Shown piece by piece: positions 31,539-44,907 of a DNA stretch of 64,000 bases (positions are counted from its first letter, which is position 1; every line of letters begins with the position of its first letter). The translations under genes were made by a program, and so were the position numbers. This DNA comes from Deltaproteobacteria bacterium. GTDB taxonomy: Bacteria; Desulfobacterota_D; UBA1144; Nemesobacterales; CSP1-2. Under the pieces are notes generated by a model. That model was not told the DNA's origin and did no database searches. It was given only the letters and a program-made list of their open reading frames with translations. The stretch lies in NCBI GenBank assembly GCA_052390235.1, contig JBQTHB010000002.1:96001-160000 (forward strand), read 5' to 3'.

Positions 31539-32273
31539 CTACTTAATCGCGCTGCCGCCGTCAACGGCAACTACTGCCCCGGTGATGTAGTCCGATTCAA
31601 CTAAAAATCGAACGGCGCGGGCTACGTCTTCGGGGCTCCCAGCCCGCTTGAGCAGTGTGGAGTCAGCCGCCCTGCGACGCTCCTCCTCGGTTGAGTCTTG
31701 CGGCATAAGCACGGGCCCCGGCGCGACGGCGTTCACCTCAATGTCTGGGGCGAGCGCTTTGGCGAGGGTCTTGGTGAGCATTATCACGCCTGCCTTCGAT
31801 ACGGAGTAGGGGATAAAACTCCGCCATCCGTTGATGCCGCCGTCTGAGTCTGCGATGTTGATTATCTTGCCTCGCCGCTGTCTGAGCATAACAGAAGCGG
31901 CTTTTTGCGACGCGAGGAATACGGATTTCAGATTGACGTTCATAAATGCATCCCAATCCGCCTCGGAAATTTCAAGCAGAGGGGTTCGGTAGAAAATCGC
32001 CGCGCTGTTGACCAATATGTCAATCCCGCCAAATCGCTCAGTTGCCGAGTCCACCATCCGCTCGATGTCATCGGAGCGCGCGAGGTCTGCTTTAATTAGC
32101 GCCGCCTCCCGTCCCATTGATTTGATTTCATGGATTGCCGAAGCCGCCTCAGCCTCGGATTTATTATAGTGGACGGCGATGTGCGCTCCGCATCGGGCAA
32201 GCTCTAGGGCGATGGCTCTTCCGACCCTTTTCGCCCCTCCGGTTACAAGCGCGATTTTGTTGTTTATTTCCAT
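31539..32273 (-). CDS. SDR oxidoreductase, pteridine reductase/FolM-like
   Basis: TGGAKRVG, VHYN, LVNSAAIF, YSVSK. Confidence 0.8.
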   Translation of the reverse strand: MEINNKIALVTGGAKRVGRAIALELARCGAHIAVHYNKSEAEAASAIHEIKSMGREAALIKADLARSDDIERMVDSATERFGGIDILVNSAAIFYRTPLLEISEADWDAFMNVNLKSVFLASQKAASVMLRQRRGKIINIADSDGGINGWRSFIPYSVSKAGVIMLTKTLAKALAPDIEVNAVAPGPVLMPQDSTEEERRRAADSTLLKRAGSPEDVARAVRFLVESDYITGAVVAVDGGSAIK

Positions 32274-32387
32274 TGGATTGAATTAATTGGCTGAAACTGC
32301 AAATTAACCAGAATCATCGGGAATAAAACCGGAGGAGCGCAGTTGCCATTCTGCGAAAAGTTGTGTCAATCCCTAGTTAGAAAATCA

Positions 32388-32873
32388 TCAATTCAGCGTA
32401 AATTTCACTTTGTCTCTCGCCTCTTTGGCAAGCTCGTATTCGGGGTGAATTCTAAGGGCCCTGTCGAATTCCTCCAGCGCCTTTTTTATCATCCCCTTGG
32501 CGATATAAATTCTGCCCAGATTGTAGTGGGGAAAATGCCTCGGCTCATAGCGTTTCGAGCGGATAGCGCGCTCCAGCCACACCAAGGCTTCGTCGTGCCT
32601 GTCAAGCTCGATGAGATACGCCCCGATGTCGTTGTAGGGATTGCCGAAGTCTGGGTCAACCTCGACTGCTTTTTTGCACTCGTCAATGGCTTCCTGAAGC
32701 CTGCCCTGAAAGCTGTAAGTCCACCCTAAGAACGTATGAGCCTCGGCTGTGGGGTGAATCTCGATGGAGCGTTTATACAACTCCACCGCTCGGTCTAAGT
32801 CGCCGTTCATCTGATGCTCGTAGGCTTTTTGAAAAAGCTCCATGGCTTGGGATAAATTGTCCTTGCCAGACAT
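32388..32873 (-). CDS. Tetratricopeptide repeat protein
   Basis: About four TPRs (AHTFLGWTY, PYNDIGAY, PHYNLGRIY). Confidence 0.85.
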   Translation of the reverse strand: MSGKDNLSQAMELFQKAYEHQMNGDLDRAVELYKRSIEIHPTAEAHTFLGWTYSFQGRLQEAIDECKKAVEVDPDFGNPYNDIGAYLIELDRHDEALVWLERAIRSKRYEPRHFPHYNLGRIYIAKGMIKKALEEFDRALRIHPEYELAKEARDKVKFTLN

Positions 32874-32916
32874 CTGCCCTCCGATTTCTCAATTCTAGCA
32901 CTTGGGGCAATTGGAG

Positions 32917-33747
32917 TCAAACGCCTGATATAAGAGCCGAGAGGTCAACCTCGCAGTCGGGCTGGGCGTAGGCGACGACCTCTTTTATTGTGGGATTCTC
33001 GCCGCAGAGCGGGCATTGGGGGTCTCGATTAATTTTGACGTTCATGCCGGACATCGTGAGGGAGTTAAACATGAAGAGCCTACCTGCTAGGCTCTGCCCG
33101 ATGCCGAGTATCTCCTTTAGAGCCTCGACAGCCTGCATCGTGCCTATGACCCCCGCCACTGCGCCCAAAATTCCCGCCTCCTGACAGCTTGGAATCATCC
33201 CCGCCGGAGGGATTTCCGGGTATAGACACCTGTAGCAGGGACTCCCCTCGTGGGTCTTAAAAACGGACACCTGCCCCTCAAACTGAAAAATCGCCCCGGA
33301 AATTAGCGTCTTTTTCTCGAAATAGCAGGCGTCATTAAGGAGGTAGCGCGTGGGGAAGTTATCCGTGCCGTCGAGTACGAGGTCGTAGTCTCGAATAATT
33401 TGGCGGATGTTCCCGGTCGTTATCATCTCCTCATAGGTAACGACTCTTACGTCGGGGTTGAGTTTAGCGATTTTCTCCTTAGCCGATAGGGCTTTGGGTC
33501 TGCCTATGTCTTCGGTGAAGTGAATGACCTGCCTCTGTAGGTTTGATAAGTCAACCTGGTCGCAGTCGGCAATTCCGAGCGTGCCTACTCCTGAGGCCGC
33601 AAGATAGAGCGCGATGGGAGAGCCGAGTCCCCCGGCGCCGACGCAAAACACCTTTGCGCCAAGAAGCCTCTCCTGTCCCCGTCCACCTACTTCTGGCAAC
33701 AGGATATTTCTGCTGTAGCGGTATATTTGCTCTTCAGTCAATTCCAC
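32917..33747 (-). CDS. MoeB/ThiF-family adenylyltransferase (E1-like), no rhodanese domain
   Basis: RYSRNI, GAGGLG, DLSNLQRQ, DGTDNF, CYRC and CPLC; GTG start with SD. Confidence 0.92.
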   Translation of the reverse strand: MELTEEQIYRYSRNILLPEVGGRGQERLLGAKVFCVGAGGLGSPIALYLAASGVGTLGIADCDQVDLSNLQRQVIHFTEDIGRPKALSAKEKIAKLNPDVRVVTYEEMITTGNIRQIIRDYDLVLDGTDNFPTRYLLNDACYFEKKTLISGAIFQFEGQVSVFKTHEGSPCYRCLYPEIPPAGMIPSCQEAGILGAVAGVIGTMQAVEALKEILGIGQSLAGRLFMFNSLTMSGMNVKINRDPQCPLCGENPTIKEVVAYAQPDCEVDLSALISGV

Positions 33748-33769
33748 TTTGCTTCCCCCCTCCGCTTTT

Positions 33770-34183
33770 TCAGTCCGCCACGATTTCCAGCGGCTCTTCC
33801 TCGAAATATCCGCCGAAATCCCTTATTACCCAATTCCGCGCATCGTTGAATCTACCCCTATTAACCGAGATGATAATATACGCCCAATCGGGCCAAGCGC
33901 TGGCCCTGTCGGTCTCAGACGGGCGCGATGGGTGGTCTGGGTGAGAGTGATATATGCCGATAATCTCCTCGCCCCTCGCCCTCGCGAAGTCATCGGCTTC
34001 TTTGAACGAGAGCGGGTCTAATTCATATCTGTCATGCGCCCGCTCTGTATTGAGGTTTCGACACTCGCGAAACGCTTTTATCAATCCGCCTACGCCTACG
34101 AGCGCGCCGCATATTTCGTGGGGATAACCCGACTGCGCGTGCTGTATCATCCCCTCGTAAGCCGATTTAACTATATTCACCAC
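33770..34183 (-). CDS. JAB/MPN metallopeptidase (Mec-like)
   Basis: YPHEICG, JAMM motif YHSHPDHPSRPSETD. Confidence 0.9.
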   Translation of the reverse strand: MVNIVKSAYEGMIQHAQSGYPHEICGALVGVGGLIKAFRECRNLNTERAHDRYELDPLSFKEADDFARARGEEIIGIYHSHPDHPSRPSETDRASAWPDWAYIIISVNRGRFNDARNWVIRDFGGYFEEEPLEIVAD

Positions 34184-35124
34184 CAGAGCCCTCCGCTTAA
34201 ATATCTGTATCCGCCGTCGGGGAGAATAGCTACGATGACCCCTTCTGTGAGGGTGCGGGCGACCCTAAGAGCCGCCCAAACCGCCGCTCCGCCCGAATGC
34301 CCGACGAAAATTCCCTCTTTGTTCACCAGTTGCTTCATGATTTCATAGGATTCGTCCGTTGGGGCGTGAATGGTCTCATCCGGGAAGCGCGCGTCGTAGA
34401 TTCCGGGGACGATGGAACTTGCCATGTGCTTTAACCCCTCTAGCCCGTGAAGAGCCTCTTCGGGCTGAATCGAGATGACCCTTACCGACTGGTTGAAGTG
34501 TTTAAGCCCCCTGCCTGCTCCCATGAGAGTTCCGCTCGTCCCTATGCCGGCTATCAAGTGAGATACTCGCCCGCCGGTCTGCTCCCAGATTTCGGGCGCG
34601 GTGCTTTCAATATGGGCTTGGACGTTGGCCGGATTATTATACTGGTCTGGCATGAAGTACTTCTCGAGATTTTCGGCGTAGAGCTTTCTGGCAAATCTTA
34701 TTGCTCCATCCGAGCCTTCTAGGGCGTCCGAATATATTATATTTGCCCCGAAAGCCTCAAGCGTCCTCTTGCGCTCGATGTTCATATTCGCCGGCGTAAC
34801 CAATTCCACCCTATAGCCCAAAGCCGCCCCTATCATGGCGTAAGCAATGGCGGTGTTGCCCGAAGAGGAGTCCATAATGATTTTATCCTCGGTGAGCTTG
34901 CCCCTTCGGATGCCGTCTCGAATCATCCAGAGCGCGGGCCTGTCCTTAACCGAGCCGCCGGGGTTAAACCACTCGGCTTTGGCGTAGATTTCAACATCGG
35001 GGCTGATGCCCTCGGCAATTCTCTCCAGCCTGATAAGGGGGGTATTGCCTATCAAATCCACAACGGACTCGACTCTTGGCTTATTGATTGCTGCGGCGCG
35101 TTTTCTGTTTAGGAGCGGTTGCAT
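34177..35124 (-). CDS. cysM: PLP-dependent cysteine synthase (CysM-like)
   Basis: IGNTPL, NPGGSVKDR, SSGNT, GIGTSGT, EGLKHM. Confidence 0.85.
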   Translation of the reverse strand: MQPLLNRKRAAAINKPRVESVVDLIGNTPLIRLERIAEGISPDVEIYAKAEWFNPGGSVKDRPALWMIRDGIRRGKLTEDKIIMDSSSGNTAIAYAMIGAALGYRVELVTPANMNIERKRTLEAFGANIIYSDALEGSDGAIRFARKLYAENLEKYFMPDQYNNPANVQAHIESTAPEIWEQTGGRVSHLIAGIGTSGTLMGAGRGLKHFNQSVRVISIQPEEALHGLEGLKHMASSIVPGIYDARFPDETIHAPTDESYEIMKQLVNKEGIFVGHSGGAAVWAALRVARTLTEGVIVAILPDGGYRYLSGGLWW

Positions 35125-35369
35125 TAACGGCGCTCGATGAGGAGTTTATAGACTGAGCCGTCTTTATGGACGTCTAGGATTTTATGTCCTTCTTCTTTAA
35201 TGCTTTTGGGGACGTTCCGAATGGGCTCTCCGTCCTTTAGAGTAACTTCGAGAGTCTGCCCGGAGCGCATGGATTCGAGCTTGAGCTTGGTTTTTACAAA
35301 GGTCATCGGGCAGAATTCCTTTGTTATATCAATTCTCTCGTCAATTTTTTTCTCTTCGCTCTCGGTCAT
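35124..35369 (-). CDS. tusA: TusA/SirA-family sulfur carrier
   Basis: CPMTFVKTKL motif; its stop overlaps the cysM start. Confidence 0.82.
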   Translation of the reverse strand: MTESEEKKIDERIDITKEFCPMTFVKTKLKLESMRSGQTLEVTLKDGEPIRNVPKSIKEEGHKILDVHKDGSVYKLLIERR

Positions 35370-35448
35370 CTCTCTGGCTCGCTCGGATGGTCTCACTTAA
35401 GAGAAAAAATACCACAAAAAATCGAAGCGGACAAACGGGTCAGGGCGG

Positions 35449-35616
35449 CTATCTCTTCTCCGAGGGTTTTTCGCGCATCTGTTCCCGAATGATTTCTGCC
35501 TCTATCGGAGGAAGCTCGTCGGGCTTGGTCTTAACGCCGATATTGTGCTTTCTAAAATACCTCCCCGCGTAGAATGAAGCTAATGCTATGATGGTTGCGA
35601 CGATTAACATTCTCAT
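35449..35616 (-). CDS. Small single-pass membrane hypothetical protein (55 aa)
   Basis: MRMLIVATIIALASFYAG hydrophobic N-terminus; purine-rich SD; fills the gap after purQ. Confidence 0.5.
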   Translation of the reverse strand: MRMLIVATIIALASFYAGRYFRKHNIGVKTKPDELPPIEAEIIREQMREKPSEKR

Positions 35617-35636
35617 TGCCTCTCTTGCCCCTCCCA

Positions 35637-36380
35637 CTAGTAATTTATCTCGGCTGCCGAGCCTTCTCTCCTCGGCGCAGCCGGAAATTTCCGAAGCCAC
35701 GATATTGCCGATTCAAAAACCGCTCTGCCCCCCGCCCCTCCGAGCGCTTCCTCGGCGCACCGCTCCGGGTGCGGCATCATCCCAAGCACGTTGCCCCTAG
35801 GGTTGCAGACCCCCGCGATATTCGCCAAAGAGCCGTTCGGATTAGACTGTGCTGTAGCCGAACCGCCCTCGTCGCAGTATCGAAATACGACCTGCCCGCC
35901 TCGCCCAAGAGCCTCGATTTCCTCCTGCGGGGCGAAGTAATTCCCCTCGCCGTGGGCAACTGGAATTCTGATGATGTCTCCTTTTTTGAGCGAATGCGTA
36001 AACGGGGTGTCCGCGTTCTCGACGGCTATATTTACCCATTTGCAGACGAATTTGAGCGAGGCGTTTTTTATCAGCGCCCCCGGCAGAAGCCCCGCCTCGA
36101 CCAATATCTGAAACCCGTTGCAGATTCCGATGACCAATCCCCCCGCCTCGGCGTATCTCTGTACGGCTTTCATAACCGGCGAGAGTCTGGCTATAGCCCC
36201 GGTTCTGAGATAATCCCCGTAGGAAAACCCTCCAGGTATGACGACGCAGTCAACCCCGGCGAGGTTTGAGTCCTCGTGCCAGATGAATTCGCAATCCTGA
36301 CCGAATACGTGCTTAACTGCGTGATAGCAGTCGTGGTCGCAGTTTGAGCCGGGAAAAACAAGCACTCCGAAATTTGCCAT
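35637..36380 (-). CDS. purQ: FGAM synthase glutaminase subunit
   Basis: [32 protein letters not shown]. Confidence 0.96.
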   Translation of the reverse strand: MANFGVLVFPGSNCDHDCYHAVKHVFGQDCEFIWHEDSNLAGVDCVVIPGGFSYGDYLRTGAIARLSPVMKAVQRYAEAGGLVIGICNGFQILVEAGLLPGALIKNASLKFVCKWVNIAVENADTPFTHSLKKGDIIRIPVAHGEGNYFAPQEEIEALGRGGQVVFRYCDEGGSATAQSNPNGSLANIAGVCNPRGNVLGMMPHPERCAEEALGGAGGRAVFESAISWLRKFPAAPRREGSAAEINY

Positions 36381-36412
36381 TTTCACCTCGTCGTAATAAT
36401 CCAATCAGCCGC

Positions 36413-36667
36413 CTAATTCTCGATAATCTCCACGGCGAAATCCTCGATAATCGGATTTGCGAGTATCCTCCTGCACATCTCCCCTGCCCGCTCCCTCGCC
36501 TCGTCTCTGCTCTCTGCCGCCAGCTTAATCTCGATGAGCTTGCCGATACGCGCATCCTCGACTTCCTCGAATCCAATGCTCCTAAGAGCCGACAGCGCCG
36601 CCTTGCCCTGCGGGTCGAGGACGACGGATTTTAATCTTATCTCTACTTTAACTTTGAACTCTCGCAT
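36413..36667 (-). CDS. purS: FGAM synthase subunit PurS
   Basis: VLDPQG, RIGKLIEI, LANPIIE. Confidence 0.93.
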   Translation of the reverse strand: MREFKVKVEIRLKSVVLDPQGKAALSALRSIGFEEVEDARIGKLIEIKLAAESRDEARERAGEMCRRILANPIIEDFAVEIIEN

Positions 36668-36738
36668 CTTCGGATTTAACCCTCTCATCCTAAAAAAATA
36701 ATAAATCCTACGCTCTCTCAGCCTGCCCGTCCTATTGT

Positions 36739-37590
36739 TTATTTGCTCCCCTTCGAGAGCATCTCTAGTAGTCTCTCTAATTCGGCTTTGGAGTAGTACT
36801 CGATTTCGATTTTCCCTCTGCCGGCCCTGTCAATGATTTTGACCTTTGTGCCGAGGGTTTTTTTGAGGCTCTCGGCGAAGTGGTCTAAGTAAAAATTCTC
36901 GCCCCCCGCTTTAGCCGATTTCCCCTTGTTCCGCGCCGAGACCTTGCCCTGAATGAGTTGCTCGGTTTTTCTCACCGAGAGCCTGCCCGCTACTATGTCC
37001 GAAAGCGCTTCTGTGGCGGCGGCGGCGGAATGAAGGCTCAGTATCGCCCTCGCGTGTCCGGCGGTGATTTGCCCGGATAGGAGGGATTTTTTCACCTCGT
37101 CGGGGAGCTTGAGTAGCCTCAGCTGATTTGTGATGGTTGAGCGGTCTTTCCCGATGCGCTTTGAGATTTCATCGTGCGTAAGCCCGAAGTCTTGAATGAG
37201 CTGTTCATAAGCGACGGCCTCTTCTATGGGGTTTAAGTCCTCCCGCTGGAGATTTTCCACGAGGGCTAGTTCGAGGGCTTCCCGGTCGGATACATCTTTA
37301 ATTATCACTGGAATTTGTTTGAGGCGCGCTAGTTGCGCCGCTCTCCAGCGCCGCTCTCCAGCAATGATTTCATATCCGTTTTTAGATTTACGCACCACGA
37401 GGGGCTGAAGAATGCCATTCTCTTTAATTGAGGCGGCGAGATTTTCAATTGCGCTTTCGTCAAACTCCTTCCGAGGCTGAAACGAATTGGGTTTTACCTC
37501 TTCGATGTTTGCGAGCAGGTATCCGAAATCCTCTTTTTCAGCTGTAGGGATGAGGGCGTTGAGTCCTTTGCCGAGAGTTACTTTTTTCAG
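36739..37590 (-). CDS. parB: Chromosome partition protein ParB (probable CTG start at 37590)
   Basis: Frame extends beyond the ORF-track start: LKKVTLGKGLNALI...QPRKEF...GILQPLVVR, then GERRWRA and ENLQREDL. Confidence 0.93.
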   Translation of the reverse strand: MKKVTLGKGLNALIPTAEKEDFGYLLANIEEVKPNSFQPRKEFDESAIENLAASIKENGILQPLVVRKSKNGYEIIAGERRWRAAQLARLKQIPVIIKDVSDREALELALVENLQREDLNPIEEAVAYEQLIQDFGLTHDEISKRIGKDRSTITNQLRLLKLPDEVKKSLLSGQITAGHARAILSLHSAAAATEALSDIVAGRLSVRKTEQLIQGKVSARNKGKSAKAGGENFYLDHFAESLKKTLGTKVKIIDRAGRGKIEIEYYSKAELERLLEMLSKGSK

Positions 37591-38375
37591 TCTCCAGCCC
37601 CTCCGTTTTTCGATATTATCTCGCGCGCAAGCGAGATGTAGTTCCTAGCCCCGATGGACTTTGCGTCGTATATGAGAACAGGCTTACCGTGGCTCGGAGA
37701 CTCGGCAAGTCTCACATTCCTCGAGATGATGGTATCAAACACCTCGTCTCCAAAATACCCCTTCACCTCTTCAGCCACGATGTGCGAGAGTTTATTCCGC
37801 GGGTCGAATATCGTGAGCAGATACCCCTCGATTTCCAAATCGGGATTCAGTCTCTGCTTTATGAGCGACACGGTTCTCTTGAGCTGTCCGAGTCCTTCCA
37901 TGGCGTAGTATTCGCATTGAACCGGTATCAGGACGGAGTGCGCCGCAGTGAGGGCATTTACCGTTAAGAGGCTAAGAGAGGGCGGGCAGTCAATCAATAT
38001 AAAGTCATAGTCGTTTAATAGAACCTCAATTGCCTCTTTGAGCCTCCATTCCCTTCTCTCAAAATAAATAAGCTCGATTTCTGCTCCCGTGAGGTTAGGG
38101 TTGGATGGCGCTATCGAAAGGCGTCCTTTGAGGATGCCTGGTTCTATGTCGATGAGGATTTCTTCGAGAGTGGACTGCCCGATAACGGCATGATAGATGC
38201 TTTTGCCGATTTTTTCCTTGTCCACCCCAACGCCGCTGGTAGCGTTGCCCTGAGGGTCGAAATCAATAATCATGGTTCGTTTCTCAGCGGCGGCAAGGCA
38301 GGTGGAGAGGTTAACGACGGTTGTTGTTTTTCCTACCCCTCCTTTTTGGTTGGCGACGCATATAATTTTGCCCAT
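37587..38375 (-). CDS. parA: Chromosome partition ATPase ParA/Soj
   Basis: NQKGGVGKTT, DPQGNAT, IDCPPSL, PVQCEYYA, VRLAESPSHG. Confidence 0.96.
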   Translation of the reverse strand: MGKIICVANQKGGVGKTTTVVNLSTCLAAAEKRTMIIDFDPQGNATSGVGVDKEKIGKSIYHAVIGQSTLEEILIDIEPGILKGRLSIAPSNPNLTGAEIELIYFERREWRLKEAIEVLLNDYDFILIDCPPSLSLLTVNALTAAHSVLIPVQCEYYAMEGLGQLKRTVSLIKQRLNPDLEIEGYLLTIFDPRNKLSHIVAEEVKGYFGDEVFDTIISRNVRLAESPSHGKPVLIYDAKSIGARNYISLAREIISKNGGAGD

Positions 38376-38504
38376 AATTTGTTGTTGATGATATACTCTT
38401 AAGCGATTTGAGTCAACACACGCCGATTCGCGGCTTAATAAATTCAATGAGTGTAGAGTGTTACGGCAATTTCGATAGAATGCTCAGATATTTTAAATTC
38501 TCTA

Positions 38505-38644
38505 TTGACACGACTTTAATAATCCGTAGAATTAACATCCACTTAGGTATGACTGACTCAAACGTTTCGTATATACCTTCTGATTTTTCAAATTAAAAAT
38601 AGTTTAAAAAAAGAGCTTGACAGGCTCTCATAAATTTGGATACT
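38505..38644 (+). promoter_or_regulatory. Tandem rrn promoters with UP-like AT tract
   Basis: TTGACA-N16-TAGAAT (38505-38532) and TTGACA-N16-GATACT (38617-38644); A/T runs upstream of the second; BoxA-like TTCTTTGAAAA at 38688-38698. Confidence 0.7.
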
Positions 38645-38761
38645 TAATACTCCCTCCCGCCGAGAGGCCGGAGTGGAAAGCGTAAAGTTCTTTGAAAATT
38701 AAATAGCAGGCGCAAGCGGGTTAAGAAATACCAGAGATTTCTTATGAGTTTTAATTAAATT

Positions 38762-40312
<1,551 letters not shown>

Positions 40313-40385
40313 TACGGAGAAATTCTGGATATTTCAGCCTCTGCGCCTGCCATTCAATTTTGGTGCTCTCTTGAGTAAAAGTTAC

Positions 40386-40462
40386 GGGCCTATAGCTCAG
40401 TAGGCTAGAGCGCACCCCTGATAAGGGTGAGGTCGGTGGTTCGAATCCACCTAGGCCCACCA
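40386..40462 (+). tRNA. tRNA-Ile(GAT)
   Basis: GGGCCTATAGCTCAG...CT-GAT-AA...GGTTCGAATCC...GCCCACCA in the ITS. Confidence 0.97.
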
Positions 40463-40493
40463 TAGCTCGTTCTAATTTTTTTTAAAGTTATTC

Positions 40494-40566
40494 GGGGGTG
40501 TAGCTCAGTTGGGAGAGCGCCTGCTTTGCAAGCAGGAGGTCGGCAGTTCGAGCCTGCTCACCTCCA
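40494..40566 (+). tRNA. tRNA-Ala(TGC), CCA not encoded
   Basis: GGGGGTGTAGCTCAG...TT-TGC-AA...CACCTCCA followed by TGAG. Confidence 0.96.
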
Positions 40567-40678
40567 TGAGTTTGCGTGAACTACGCAATATGATCTTTGA
40601 CAATTGTATATCGTGCTGATTAATTAATCGAATCGTGCCTTAAGTATTTTTTTGTTAATGAGGGTTTTTATACCTCGC

Positions 40679-43644
<2,966 letters not shown>

Positions 43645-43717
43645 GCGAGGTATTGAACCTCTCATTAATTGAGGCTAATAATTAACTCAGCACGATATAC
43701 GATTATCAAAGATTTAT

Positions 43718-43781
43718 CCCTCCCCCCAATTTTCTCAGAATAATTAGAGTCCAAAGAAAATTTGTGGGGAGGGTGTATTTT
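43718..43781 (+). terminator. Long hairpin, probable end of the rrn transcript
   Basis: CCCTCCCCCCAATTTTCT...AGAAAATTTGTGGGGAGGG followed by TGTATTTT. Confidence 0.55.
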
Positions 43782-43820
43782 AAGCTGATGAGTCCATTTA
43801 TAAGGAGCGTAGAGAGTTAT

Positions 43821-44060
43821 ATGTTGAAACGTTTCGCAAAACCCACTGAAACCCGCGAATACAATTTCGTTATCACTCGCAGCGGATATGACCTATCTGG
43901 GTTGGGAGTAACCGACAGGAAGGCCATTAACGCCTATGTTGATACCCTAAAGCACGACATCGAGCTTATTCCGGTAGGCGCGGACAGAGTCATAGTCAAC
44001 CTGAGGGAAACCGAGGACTCGATGCACTGCGAGGTTCTTCCCGTATTCTCAAAAAACTAA
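43821..44060 (+). CDS. Hypothetical protein (about 79 aa)
   Basis: Protein-like composition; AAGGAG upstream; start uncertain (43788 or 43821). Confidence 0.55.
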   Translation: MLKRFAKPTETREYNFVITRSGYDLSGLGVTDRKAINAYVDTLKHDIELIPVGADRVIVNLRETEDSMHCEVLPVFSKN

Positions 44061-44214
44061 TCATAGAACCGAGATACAGAACACCGTTTTAGAATCTCTG
44101 CTCGTGCTATATTGCAGCGGCGTGCTTTCATATGCCCAATTCCCACCCCACTGATAGGAAAGTGGATACCTATATTATTCCCGCCCCGCAATCACGGATG
44201 GTTTGCGCCCGATG

Positions 44215-44904
44215 TCAGCTTTTGCGGTTCTCCTCTTTGATTATTGTGCCGTCGCGGAACACTACTGCCCGTTCAGCATAGGCGGCGATGTCGCTTTCGT
44301 GAGTTATCATGATGATAGTTTTGCCTTCGCTTCGCAGGCGAAGGAATATTTCCATGATTTCGATGCTCGTCTTCGTGTCTAGGTTTCCCGTAGGCTCGTC
44401 GGCTAGGATAACGCTTGGCTGATTTACTATCGCCCTTGCAATGGCCACGCGCTGCTGCTGCCCGCCTGAAAGCTGAGAGGGAAAGTGCCTCTCCCGCCCT
44501 TCGAGTCCGAGGAGTTTCAATGCGTCCCCGGCGAGCTTAGATCTATTGGCTGAGCTATCGCCGTTATAAATTAGTGGCAGCTCCACGTTTTCAAGGGCGG
44601 TTACGCGGGCGAGGAGATTGAAATTCTGAAACACGAATCCGAGCTTTTTATTGCGTATCTCGGCGAGTTGCTCTCTTGTGAGTGATGAAATATCGTTCCC
44701 GTCAAGCGCGTATCTACCGGATGTCGGTTTGTCGAGGCATCCGAGTATATTCATAAATGTGCTTTTTCCCGAACCCGAAGCCCCCATTATCGCCACGAAT
44801 TCCCCTTCTCGTACGTTGAGCGATACCCCTCTTAGGGCGTGAACATCTACGTCGCCCATTCGGTAGATTTTGTGTACGTTCTCTATAGCGATGATATTTT
44901 TCAG
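44215..44904 (-). CDS. MacB/LolD-type ABC ATP-binding protein (probable CTG start at 44904)
   Basis: GASGSGKST, LSGGQQQRVAIARA, DEPTGNLD; the N-terminal strand KNIIAIENVHKIY lies upstream of the first ATG. Confidence 0.9.
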   Translation of the reverse strand: MKNIIAIENVHKIYRMGDVDVHALRGVSLNVREGEFVAIMGASGSGKSTFMNILGCLDKPTSGRYALDGNDISSLTREQLAEIRNKKLGFVFQNFNLLARVTALENVELPLIYNGDSSANRSKLAGDALKLLGLEGRERHFPSQLSGGQQQRVAIARAIVNQPSVILADEPTGNLDTKTSIEIMEIFLRLRSEGKTIIMITHESDIAAYAERAVVFRDGTIIKEENRKS

Positions 44905-44907
44905 GGG

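Noticed and set aside
33770..34183. JAB plus E1 as CBASS or Bil ubiquitin-like defence
   Set aside because: No E2, cyclase or effector; host-like composition; cysteine synthase and TusA context indicates sulfur metabolism.
36739..37398. parB as a truncated pseudogene
   Set aside because: The full N-terminal domain is intact in frame up to 37590; only the start codon is atypical.
38376..38640. oriC between divergent parA and rrn
   Set aside because: No convincing DnaA boxes (TTWTNCACA) or parS palindrome seen; the AT-richness is explained by promoters and a UP element.
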